DNA of 64,000 nt from Octopus vulgaris (taxonomy: Eukaryota): positions 30,256,001-30,320,000 of the forward strand of contig OX597817.1 of assembly GCA_951406725.2 (NCBI GenBank), given 5' to 3'. Position numbers and translations under genes: made by a program. This document shows positions 38,366 through 50,313 of this stretch, one piece after another. Positions within the stretch are counted from its first letter, which is position 1. Every line of letters starts with the position of its first letter. Under the pieces are notes generated by a model. That model saw only the letters and a program-made list of their open reading frames with translations, was not told the DNA's origin and did not search any database.

Positions 38366-40344
38366 AAATTTTTGATATATTGTATTGATGTTACATCCAT
38401 ATTGATGGACATACTGCATGCAAGGAAAGACAATTTGACTGGATGGCATGAAATAAATCACTAACACACACCAATGTCTTGCACACAGACATGCAGTCTC
38501 CTCCCTCTGCTTTTTCTACTACAATAGCTTCTATTCTTTAGATTTGGTTGACTCATCCTAGCTCCATTTAGGCATCTTGATTCACTCGTCATTTCTCCTC
38601 ATTGCACATATATTGTGTTCAAGTCATCCATGCCTACAGAAACCTCTACACTCAGAACTCTCTACTCTCCAGAATATCAGGAATATCAGCTTCTTGAAAT
38701 TCTCTCCTCCTACTTCCAGTGTTTTTCCCATAACTATCAACTGGTAACTTTCTAAGAGGGATGCTCTAACCATGTTGATTTCACCAGTCATTAAGTGCTT
38801 GCAGAGGCCAAGAACACGGTCCATTCCTTTAGATTGAGCTATTAAAAAAAAATGCACCAACTGATAAAGCAAATTCATGAGTTGGCTTACACTAGAAAGC
38901 CTTTTCTGTTTGTTTCTTTTGACAAATTGTAGCACTATGCAAGGTAAAGAACAATTAGAAACCATAAAAGCAAAGTTGTGATGAAGGATTAATTACTCAG
39001 GCCTTATCTTCATTTCTTTACAGACTGCATCCATGCATTCAAGGTTAAGTTTATCAGAGGAAAATTTTGTTTCGTTTTGCACAAGTGGTATGATATCTGT
39101 TGCTCAGTATATGTGTAAAGCAATTATAATTAGTTATACAATGGTATCATGACTCATTGTTGAAATTGCTATGCCATGCTACATTAATTTGTTGGTTGCT
39201 ATAGATATGAGCCTCTTCCCCTCTTGCTGCTAAAACTTTACAAAACATGTTTTGCTGTTCTTTTCCTTCTCCGGATTTCTCTGGCTTTTTCAGAAACCTA
39301 ATAATTTCTTTTTTCTTATATAAATTTGTTAATATTTTGTAGTTATTGCTGCCAATTTCAAATGATATTGCTCTTTAGTATATCTTTGTAATGTTTAAAA
39401 TTTCAATTTTAATTTAAATACAAATTAATTATTATTTCATTATTCTGTTTGGTGATTAGACACGCGAGTTACTGAAAGAGGACAAACAAACCTTATCGAG
39501 TTATGCAACATATAAGAATTTTTTTATATATTTTATACAGGGTTTGTGAGTTTTGTAGCAAAATATAGAGTGAATAGCTGAGATGAGAGTTCAAATTCTT
39601 TAGCTAGTATACTGTTCAGAGAAATATTTATATCTCTGATCTCTGATCAATTTAACATAACTTTAACAGATATCTAAGCATTATGTTGATATTAACTTTA
39701 ACACAGAATAAGCACACAAACCTGTTCCAAAGGTCCATAACTATAAAATGCTGATTATTCAATGTTCAGTAACATACATATATTACCATATATATATTTT
39801 TTTAATCTCTGCATTATCTTAGTATGTAAAGAAAAAAAAATGCTTTGGAACTAGACTTAAATATAGTGCAGTTTATTGTTGATGTAAGTTAAACATTTAT
39901 TTGCATTTATGCTCTACATTGTTTTCCAACAGACGTTTTTATGACAGGTCAGACAGCCCTTCATTTCAGACTGTATCAGCTTAAGATTCCTGTAACCCAG
40001 GGAGAATTCATACTTGACATATTCCTTACACAGGGCCATGAAACAATGGTATTTATACACTTGATTTTCTTCGTACATATCAACAATCTGCCAAATGATA
40101 AGAATTTGTAGCATATGAGTTGGCTTATTTCCAAAGTTGTTTTGATATGGTCCATATCTCCAAAGAGACTTTTTACTAATACATGCACATGTGCATCCAC
40201 ACACACACAAATGCACATGCACACACACACACACACACACATTACTAAATAAGGATGATAAATGTGTGTGTGTGCTGTGTATGCATGTTGAATAAGAATC
40301 TGATTTATTTTCATTTTCACACACATATATATGCGCAAAAAAGA

Positions 40345-40610
40345 GCATAAAATCATAAAAGTCATAAATCTCAGGTACAGTTCATACTCTAATTGTGTTC
40401 ACCAGCTGTTTCATTAAGATAAACACTATCAAATGCATAATTACATAATTGTGATACATAATTCATTTAAATTGAATTAATTTAATTTAAATGAATTATG
40501 TCACACAATTATGTAATTACATATTTGGTAATGTTTATTTTAATAAAACAGCTGTTGAGCACAATTAGAATAGGAACAGCATGGGAAATTTATGCTTTTC
40601 TGGTTTTATA
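40345..40610. repeat. Spacerless imperfect palindrome of about 265 bp
   Basis: Centre AAATTGAATTAATTTAATTT; arms CATAATTCATTTAAATT/AATTTAAATGAATTATG, CAGCTGTTT/AAACAGCTG, CTAATTGTG/CACAATTAG. Confidence 0.85.
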
Positions 40611-40884
40611 CTAAAAGATCATTATGCTTAAAGATCGTTTTAGCTGATTATGTATTATACATGTAAGTCAGTCCCACTTGGATATTTTATAATATAATAA
40701 CGCAGTGGAGTTTAACAACCTGTATTAATTTAGCTCTTAATTACTGTGGAGTTATTCTTTGATGGTCATACATCAGATCTGTCTCACTCTCCCCCTCTCT
40801 CTCACTCTCACCTTCTCTCTCACTCTCACCTTCTCTCTCACTCTCACCTTCTCTCTCACTTAACCCCTCTCTCACTCTCTTTCT

Positions 40885-40921
<37 letters not shown>

Positions 40922-41110
40922 TAATCCAAACAAGAAAACAAAAAAACACAACGCGAGGATGTGGAACATATATATATATACATGCACACATATAAATACA
41001 CACTTACCCACGCACACTCACACATACACACATGCACATTCACACAGATAAACATATATAAATATATATATATATATATATAAATATATATACATATATA
41101 TATATATATA

Positions 41111-41926
41111 TGTGGAAGAGGTAGACCCAGGAAAACCTGGGACGAAGTGGTGAAGCACGACCTACGAACTTTAGGTCTCACCAAGGAAATGACTAGAGAC
41201 CGAGACCTATGGAAGTATGCTGTGCGTGAGAAGATCCGGCAAGACTAGTCAGGCCATAACCCGTGGCCCCTACCTGGGACGTAGTCAGTCCACCTGTGCA
41301 TACCTTCCTTCTTGTGACACTTGTGAAGACCTGTTGAGGCAAGTGAAAATCAAACAAAATCAAAATAGATGAACATCAATGGAATTTGTATCTTTGTGGT
41401 ACCATAGCCTCGTCTGGCACCTGTGTCGGTGGCACATAAAAAAAAAACACCATCCGAGCGTGGTCGTCTGCTAGCCTTGTCTGGCACCTGTGTCGGTGGC
41501 ACATAAAAACACCATCCGAGCGTGGCCGTTTGCCAGCCTCGTCTGGCACCTGTGTCGGTGGCACATAAAAACACCATCCGAGCGTGGCCGTTCGCCAGCC
41601 TCGTCTGGCACCTGTGTCGGTGGCACATAAAACACCATCCGAGCGTGGCCGTTCGCCAGCTTCGTCTGGCACCTGTGTCGGTGGCACATAAAACACCATC
41701 CGAGCGTGGCCGTTCGCCAGCCTTGTCTGGCACCTGTGTCGGTGGCACATAAAATCACCCACTACACTCTCAGAGTGGTTGGCGTTAGGAAGGGCATCCA
41801 GCTGTAGAAACACTGCCAGATCTGACTGGCCTGGTGCAGCCTTCGGGCTCCCCAGACCCCAGTTGAACCGTCCAACCCATGCTAGCATGGAAAGCGGACG
41901 TTAAATGATGATGATGATGATGATGA

Positions 41927-41930
<4 letters not shown>
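41111..41930 (+). mobile_element. 5'-truncated RTE LINE: ORF2 C-terminus (41111-41248) plus 3' UTR with ~59-bp tandem array (41405-41757) and (GAT)n tail
   Basis: CGRGRPRKTWDEVVKHDLRTLGLTKEMTRDRDLWKYAVREKIRQD*; flanked by (TA)n on both sides. Confidence 0.9.
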
Positions 41931-41962
<32 letters not shown>

Positions 41963-41964
41963 CA

Positions 41965-42480
41965 AGGCAGCATCATTTCCAATGACTACATAGTGGATGA
42001 GATGATATTAAGCTGTATCAGCTTAATATTTCCTTTGAAAAGCTCAGAATGAGAATCTTTTGAGACAACCACCTTTGCCTCCACATCAAGGCTCTCAGTG
42101 CTTCCCCTCTATTGTATGGATGGAAGACATGGACCTTATACTGTCAGCTCATTAAGACTCTGGACGTCTTTAACATCTACTCTTGTAAGATGATTCTTTT
42201 AGTCACCAAGATTAATAGGATTATGTACATGGAAACACTCCAGTTGTTTTGAATGCGCTCTATATACAATAATAGTTACATTATATGAACGTTTAGTGCA
42301 TGTGCCTGGCTCAATTTTCCCACATAGATTCCTACACAGAAAACTAAGCCTTGGTCAAAACTTGTCTTGAAGTCTAAAGAAGTAGTTCAAAACCCTGCAG
42401 AAACTACTTTGCAGAAGCCAAACATATTTTCTTCAAAAGTGCACGACATCACTACTTGACGCTTATTTGGTGGTTGAACT
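41965..42480 (+). mobile_element. Decayed RTE (BovB-like) LINE ORF2 fragment
   Basis: Peptide LLYGWKTWTLYCQLIKTLDVFN resembles LLYGCETWTLY..IK.LE.FH. Confidence 0.55.
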
Positions 42481-42840
42481 GTTAGAGTGCAGTAGAAAAT
42501 ATACAGGAGAAATGTATTCATGACATCACATTGAATACACTAGTTCTCATCCAGTCACCTAAGTTAACGTTGAGCCTAGTGAGTACGTAGATGTACATAT
42601 ATAAATATAAATATATATATATATAGCAATAATAATTCTCTAAAAGAGATATAGACAGTAACTGCTCGATAACATAAGGGACTAAAGCCATCTGAATATG
42701 GATAGGGACAGGGCAGGGTGGTGGGGGTGTTACTGTTGCATTTAGCCCCAGGCGAACATCGACGTCACCAGAAAGGCTCGACACCGTCACGGTGCCCTTA
42801 ACCTGCAAAGGGAGGTAATTCCCCGATGAAGCGGAAACCA

Positions 42841-42886
42841 CACACGGACCATGGTTTCAAGGTGTATTGCCTATCGTCGGCGTGTG
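42841..42886 (-). ncRNA. Type I hammerhead ribozyme, CCGACGA (U4C) core variant
   Basis: Minus strand CACACG-CCGACGA-T-AGG caataca CCT-T-GAAAC-CATG-GTC-CGTGTG; palindromic stem III ACCATGGT; predicted cut between 42847 and 42846. Confidence 0.8.
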
Positions 42887-43200
42887 GTAGGCTTCCGCTT
42901 CCTCGACGAATTCTCACTCTGCAGGATATTCATATATAGATTTTCAAGCAAAATACATTTGCTGATTTCGAAAATCTGTTCGAAAGCAATAATAATTCTC
43001 TAAAAGAGATATAGACAGTAACTGCTCGATAACATAAGGGACTAAAGCCATCTGAATATGGCTAGGGACAGGGCAGGGTGGTGGGGGTGTTACTGTTGCA
43101 TTTAGCCCCAGGCGAACATCGACGTCACCAGAAAGGCTCGACACCGTCACGGTGCCCTTAACCTGCAAAGGGAGGTAATTCCCCGATGAAGCGGAAACCA

Positions 43201-43246
43201 CACACGGACCATGGTTTCAAGGTGTATTGCCTATCGTCGGCGTGTG
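43201..43246 (-). ncRNA. Type I hammerhead ribozyme, identical second copy
   Basis: Same sequence 360 bp away; predicted cut between 43207 and 43206. Confidence 0.8.
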
Positions 43247-43876
43247 GTAGGCTTCCGCTTCCTCGACGAATTCTCACTCTGCAGGATATTCATATATAGA
43301 TTTTCAAGCAAAATACATTTGCTGATTTCGAAAATCTGTTCGAAAGCAATAATAATTCTCTAAAAGAGATATAGACGTCTATATCTCTTTAAAAGTGGAG
43401 CAGACTGAGAACTGTGCCTAGATGGTCACCTATCTGCACACTAAATCCTTAACTAAATTCATTGCCACCTCTCACTTTGCTGACCAGGATCTTTGTACAC
43501 AGTGTGCTCTGCTCACAGTTTATTCTTTCTAGGCCTATTTTTGTTAAAGACTATCAGAGTGATATCCTCAGTGTGTGAGTGTGTTTATCATCATCATCAT
43601 CATCATCATCATCATCTGCATCATCGTGATTTTTATATCTGCTCTCCATATTGGCATGAACTGCATGAGTCAACAGGATTCGACAATTTGGAGAACCACA
43701 TCATATTCCAATGTCTGTTTCCTCATAATTTCAGTGGTTGGATATCCTTCCTAATGCCAACCGCTTTACAAAGTCTACAGGAAGCTTTTATCATTGCACC
43801 AATGCTTGTGAATTGCTTTGCATCTTGTAATACTAAAGGGCCTGGAGGAGCCCTTATAAATGAAAGAGAATAGCAA

Positions 43877-43917
<41 letters not shown>

Positions 43918-44201
43918 AAGGGAGAGAGAATATATGTGATAATTTTAGGCAACGAGATGAAAGAGAGCAAACTAAGAAGGAAAGAATAGAGTTTTGAGGG
44001 TGTAGAAATGGAGAGAGTTACAGAGTTGAAACTATTCAGAGAGGTATATTTGTAAGCGCATTGTAGTCATACACACACACACACAACACACACACACATA
44101 TGTATGTGTGTGTTTATGTGTGTGTATGATGTGTGTTTATATATATATATATATATACATACATATACACACACATATATATATGCACGTACATATATGT
44201 A

Positions 44202-44240
<39 letters not shown>

Positions 44241-44424
44241 ATGTGTATGCTATAACCTCAGAATAATAATTTTTCATGCAGCCTCAAGCGTTATCTAACT
44301 GTTCAGTCTCAGAATTTAATAATCAATTTATGTTCAAATTTTACCTGTTAAGAATGTCTAAAAATACACAAATTTAAATTTCTAATCTACAAAAATATGC
44401 AGCCTTATATTTTACACACATACA

Positions 44425-44710
<286 letters not shown>

Positions 44711-45334
44711 GCTACATTCACGCTTTACAATCTCCTTCCCCTTTACCTTATCTTTTCAATTAACCTCCCATCATCATGTCTCTTCTATTCCTCTCTCCAC
44801 AATGACTCTCTCACAACAACCCATCTGTCCTCCTCATCATACTTTAACTTCTCCCAATACCTTACCCAAAATCGAAACACTCTCTCCCTTCCTCTCTTTC
44901 AATCATGGGAACTGCATAGTTTTTCTAGATATAAAGGTAACCTTACAAGTATTGGTATCTCGAAAGGAATCACTCAGTACATTGTATAAAACTTTTGGCA
45001 AACTAAGCAGAGAATATGCAGGATTGAGAAACTTTGCTGCCTAGCTAAGAGCAAAAGAGACCACTATAGTTCTGAAAATGCCCCTAGTACACCTTGTAAA
45101 CCGTTTGGTGTTAAGAGGGACATCCAATCCTTGAAGCCATACTGACATGGCAAGTAAATGTAAAATGGTGATAACAATGATGACACTGATGATGTTCCAT
45201 AATCCTTAATTTTTAATGTGTATTTTGCTTTACATACAACAATAATAATGGATACATCTTGATTGTAATAATGGATTAAGCAGATGGGCTTCAAAAGGAA
45301 ACAGCTGGGATTTACCATTAACAGCTATATATAT

Positions 45335-45595
45335 GTAAAGTATAATAGCCATCTCAATATGTCTAACCACAAAGGGTGGGTGTTACTGTAGCTTTTAGCC
45401 CCAGGAGATCATCGTCTCCAGCTGGCTTTAGGCACACTATCTGTGCCCTTATGGTATTTGCAAAGGGAGGCCATCCCTTTCTCGTAAGCCTAAGTGATAC
45501 GCACGGACCGCAGTTTCGAGGCTGTTGCCTCTTGTCAATGGGCGGTAATCACCGGTTCACGATGAAAGGAAAAGCCTGTATGCAACTACTTAAGT
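45335..45595 (-). mobile_element. Diverged monomeric relative of the 360-bp retrozyme; decayed HHR at 45500-45544
   Basis: Shares AGCCATCT.AATATG, GGGTGTTACTGT.GC.TTTAGCCCCAGG, GTGCCCTTA and TGCAAAGGGAGG; minus HHR ..tTGACaA-GAGGC aaca GCCTC-GAAAC-TGCG-GTC-CGTGCG; TA runs on both sides. Confidence 0.75.
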
Positions 45596-45819
45596 TATAT
45601 ATGTATATATATACACTACAGATCTTCATAATTGCACACTTGAAGCTGGTTAAGTTTACACATTGTACCACTCTTACATTTGTATACCCACACACACTTG
45701 CTATTGAGCTGGGCTGATCAATGCACTAGGAGTGAGTTCAGTCAATTAAAGCTATCATGGGTTGTGTGTGTGTGTGTGTGTGCATGTGTGTGTGTGTGTA
45801 TGTGTGTGTGCATGTGTGT

Positions 45820-45869
<50 letters not shown>

Positions 45870-46127
45870 CTCTGTGATTGTATGTGAATGTGTGTGGATG
45901 ATGATGTTTTGCTGGTGACTGTTTAAGTGAAGCATTGTTATCAATATGACTAGTTGCTCCATGCGAGTGAAATATAAAAATCTGCAAAACAGATGAAAAG
46001 CAAGGATGGCAAGAAGTACATCCACCTGTAAAATCATATCTTAAAATTAATTCCTATCCAAGTCATACTAGCATGGGAAAGCAAATGTTAAATAAACATA
46101 CAAATGAACAGTATATATAATTGTTGT

Positions 46128-46635
46128 GACCCCCTTCGGTCATGAATGACCAAGGGATTGCACCTAGAAAGTTACCCTCCGAGGCACAAGTCTGGGCAAG
46201 GTTGTTTATGGAAGACCAGGAGTCGCCCATGCATAACAGTCTCCCCTCTCTATGCCACTGATGTTATCCAAGGGAAAGCCAAAGGCTGATACAGCTTGGC
46301 ACCAGTGATGTCGCAGCTCATTTATTAACGTGCAAGTGGCTGAGCTCTCCACGGACACATGTACCCTTAACATAGTTATCGGGGTAATTCAGTGTGACAC
46401 AGAGTGTGACAAAGCTGGCCCTTTGAAATACAGGTGCAACGAAATAGGAAGAAAGAGGGAGAGAAAGTTGTAGTGAAAGAGTACAGCAGAGTTCACCACC
46501 ACCCTCTGCCGGAGCCTCGTAGAGCTTTAGGTGTTTCCGCTCAATAAACACTCACAATGCCCAGTCTGGGAATCGACACCGCAATCCTACAATCGCGAGT
46601 CCGCTGTCCTAACCACTGGGTCATTGCGCCTCCAC
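46128..46635 (-). mobile_element. Chimeric tRNA SINE (head A, part of tail 1, tail 3)
   Basis: 46325-46635 matches 2845-3154; 46128-46322 matches 36109-36300; TATATATAATT on both flanks. Confidence 0.85.
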
Positions 46636-46901
46636 TATATATAATTACACTCACAGTTTAGGAATCAGTTGTCATAACTTCTTGCAGTCATTTGGAACCT
46701 ACTATAATAATACTCTTATGTCTTTCTCTATCACAACATATGAATGAGAAAGAAAGGGGCGATAGATGAATTAGGAAGGAAGGGGAGATGGCAAACTTGG
46801 TAGTGGGATGATGGTAGTTCAATGGGGGAAAAAATCAAACAGCATTTCAACTTTGCGTGAGTATATGTGTGTGTATGTAAAAGGGAGTCATGTGAATGTT
46901 T

Positions 46902-46966
<65 letters not shown>

Positions 46967-47952
46967 TGTGTGTGTTTGCATGTGTGTGTGTGTGCAATGG
47001 TAGTGGCATGGTAAATATTCAATGCTGAAAGGAAAAATCAAACAGCATTTCAGCTCTGCGCCTGTGTGTGCATGTATAAGGGAAGTATGTGAATGTTTTG
47101 TATCTGTGAGTATGTTGTACCTTATTCATATATAGAATACTAAAATTAGCTGTCCTTTTTTCCAGCATGGGGTCATCTAGTACATGCATAATTTCTTATC
47201 TTATAAGTTAACACATACAGTAACTATGTGTTATGAATTATACAGCAAGAGACACAAAAACAGAGACGTACACAGAGCAAATACAAACAGAGACGTACAC
47301 ACAGCAAGCACAAACATAAGCACACACACACACTGGATGGCTAGATGGATAGATAGCTGGAAACATGTATATAGAAGCCAATAAGATCACACATATACTT
47401 TAAAGTATTTTCGCAGTAGCCAGAAAGTTTTACTAAACAAAAATACAATATCCCAGTAGCTAACTTCAAGAAAATCTTTATAAAGCCTTCCATGAAAAGA
47501 TAGATTTCAAAAGGATGAAGCATTCCACAACTATCTTGAAACATATTTCAGAATACAAAAATAATTTGTGGTATGACATTCTAATGGACAAATTTTTCCT
47601 CTCTGACTCACAAAGGTCTAAGGTTAGAAAATAGCTACAAATGAGTTATTTTGTGATTTTCAGCCCATGATATGATGTGCAATGTCTTATGAAAGGACAT
47701 CAATGAAACAGATCAAATAATGTGGAGAAGACTGAGAGTGATGCCAATATACACTGCAATACATCTACAAAAGAACAGTGTAGGCATCTCATCAAACAGA
47801 AGGAATGACAACATATATATATCATATTCCTGCATAGGCATGTGCATATGTGCATATATATGCGTATGTTTTCATGAGTACATGCAGACTCTCTCTTTCT
47901 CCCTCTCTCTCTTTCTGTCTTTCTATATTTGTACACATACACACACACACAC

Positions 47953-47973
47953 AGATAGATAGATTGATAGATG

Positions 47974-48035
<62 letters not shown>

Positions 48036-48053
48036 AAGATATTGATACGAATG

Positions 48054-48128
<75 letters not shown>
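47953..48128. repeat. (GATA)n followed by (TA)n
   Basis: Direct inspection. Confidence 0.95.
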
Positions 48129-48134
<6 letters not shown>

Positions 48135-48285
48135 AATACAAACACCTGTATACATATATGTGTATGTGTGCGTGTGTGTGTATAGATGTATAAAGGAAGC
48201 TTCAGCTTTGAATGGATGAATTATATATGTGCTATATGTGTGCATGTGAATATATGTGTGTACTGGTACAGAGGAAGAGAGAGAA

Positions 48286-48318
<33 letters not shown>

Positions 48319-48792
48319 AAGAGAAAGAGACACACACACACACACAGAAGAAACATATCAGTTTAGAAGTGAAAAACAACACACAGTAAAAGCGTAAATC
48401 ATTGAGTGATTCTCACTTGTCTGTAAGTGTCTTGTTTCTCACTTATAAACAGATATACTCTTAACACACTCTGTCATTCAAGGCATTGAGTATTTTGCCT
48501 GTTCCAAAAGGAAACTATGCATACTTTATACGTGTGTGTGTGTGGGTGTGTATATATATATATATATATATACATATATATATGTATATGCATATGTACA
48601 TGTGTATAGTATATATAAATATACATATATATATACATACAGACACATACGTATATATATGCATACATATATTATATATATGTATATGTATATAAATATG
48701 TATATATGTATATATATATATATATATATACATATATATACATGTATTTATATCTATCTATCTATCAATCTATCAATCTATATATGTATATG

Positions 48793-48845
<53 letters not shown>

Positions 48846-48959
48846 ATATAAAAAGCTAAGTTCAATATAGTGATTAAATTTTTCCCTTATATATATATAT
48901 TTACACATTTATACATATATATCTATATATGCATATATGCGCATACATATGTGTATGTA

Positions 48960-49014
<55 letters not shown>

Positions 49015-50084
49015 TCAATACACATGCACACACAAACAAACAAGCAAACTTACACACGCCTACATGCATGCATTAAATATTAAACACAAGACTGAAGGGT
49101 GAATTAACCAAGTTCATTTAGTTTCATTCATATTATTTAACACTTGACTGTGTGTTACTTGAGAGAAGAAATGCATTAGCTTTTCCAAGCTGAAGAAAGA
49201 GGGGGTTGGGCTAAGATTCCAGTTACTTCAGTAACTATAGCATTAATGATGGGAACATTATTGTGTTATTGAAGAGCTGTTTCATGTTGAAATGCCTTAT
49301 ACATGATGGATATTACCGTTTATGCATAAGGATGTTATTTGCATTAGTTGCTGTGTTTAAGTGAAGAATCACAAAAGAACCAACCATTTCGTGGTAGGTT
49401 CTATGTTAGTTTATACTGGATGTTTAGTTTATAGTGGATGATATAAGGTGTTAAAAGTGCATTTATCAGGTGCTGGAGTGAGAAGACTAATTGGATTTAG
49501 AGCCTCCTTATTGAGTGGACTGGTGTGGATGCTCCCAAATGGTACATAAAAATATCAAATGCTAATATGAAATGTCTGTGTGTATGTATGTATGTAACAA
49601 TGTCATCATCAATTCATATCCGTTTTCTATGCTGACAAGGTCAGAGAGCTTGACAGTATCTGAAGAGTCAGAACTGTCACACTCCAGTATTTTTTATTTT
49701 GGCATCGTTTCTACAGCAGGATGCCTTCTTAATGCCAACCACTTTACAGAGGGCACTAAGTGCATTTTTGCAGCACCAGAAGTACATACCTATGTCATCA
49801 TTATCACTACCACCACCACCACCACCATTAGCATCATCATCATCATTTAAAGTCCACATTCTATGCTGGCATGACTCGAGCAGTTTGACAGGAACTGATG
49901 TATCCAAGGACTGCACCAAGCTCCAATGTCTGCTTTGCTATTGTTTTTACACTTGGATGATCTTCCTAATGCTTAGCAACTTAGAGTGTGAACTGCATGC
50001 TTTTTATGCCATGCCATCTTCACCGTTATTTAAGTCACCATGCAGTTTTCAGCAATATATATATATCTATCAGTTGCCATGATA

Positions 50085-50255
50085 GATTGGTAGCCACTAC
50101 ACAATTTTGTTTTCTCTCCTTGTTTTTTTTTCTGTGTTCCTTTCTGTAGAAGAGTGTAGGCTCGGAATGTAAAAGACTTTTTCAATTCCTGAGCATTATA
50201 CTAATACATCTGTTTTGTACACCACCTGTTTTCGTCTTTTGTTTTCGTAAACTCT

Positions 50256-50258
<3 letters not shown>
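50085..50258 (+). mobile_element. Hammerhead-bearing element family F, copy 2 (decayed HHR at 50140-50175), ending in (TA)n
   Basis: CTTT-CTGTAGA-A-GAGT gtag GCTC-GGAAT-GT-A-AAAG. Confidence 0.65.

Positions 50259-50313
<55 letters not shown>

Larger units (their letters stand above)
42625..43376 (-). mobile_element. Retrozyme-like 360-bp tandem repeat (2.09 copies), one hammerhead per unit
   Basis: Exact 360-bp period with one mismatch seen (GGATAGG/GGCTAGG); abuts (TA)n at the left end; 14-bp snap-back palindrome at the right end. Confidence 0.85.

Noticed and set aside
39023-39042. Possible 20-nt micro-exon (TTTCTTTACAG|ACTGCATCCATGCATTCAAG|GTTAAG)
   Set aside because: The splice-like signals are plausible, but there are no partner exons or transcript evidence; it cannot be supported from sequence alone.
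39914-40180. ORFs as an LTR-retrotransposon RT remnant
   Set aside because: Only vague resemblance; no intact diagnostic motif.
41405-41757. Regular ~60-bp repeats (also at 31873-32245) as a CRISPR array
   Set aside because: The units are contiguous tandem copies with no unique spacers, and they lie inside an RTE LINE 3' UTR in eukaryotic DNA.
42818-42860. Plus-strand CCGATGA-AGCG-GAAACC as a second, opposite-polarity hammerhead
   Set aside because: No stem II and no stem I pairing; it is explained by the long hairpin enclosing the minus-strand ribozyme.
42518-43201. Duplicated ORFs MVSASSGNYLPLQVKG.. as a gene pair
   Set aside because: They are products of the 360-bp repeat, start at a GTG, have no recognisable domain, and overlap a structured RNA.
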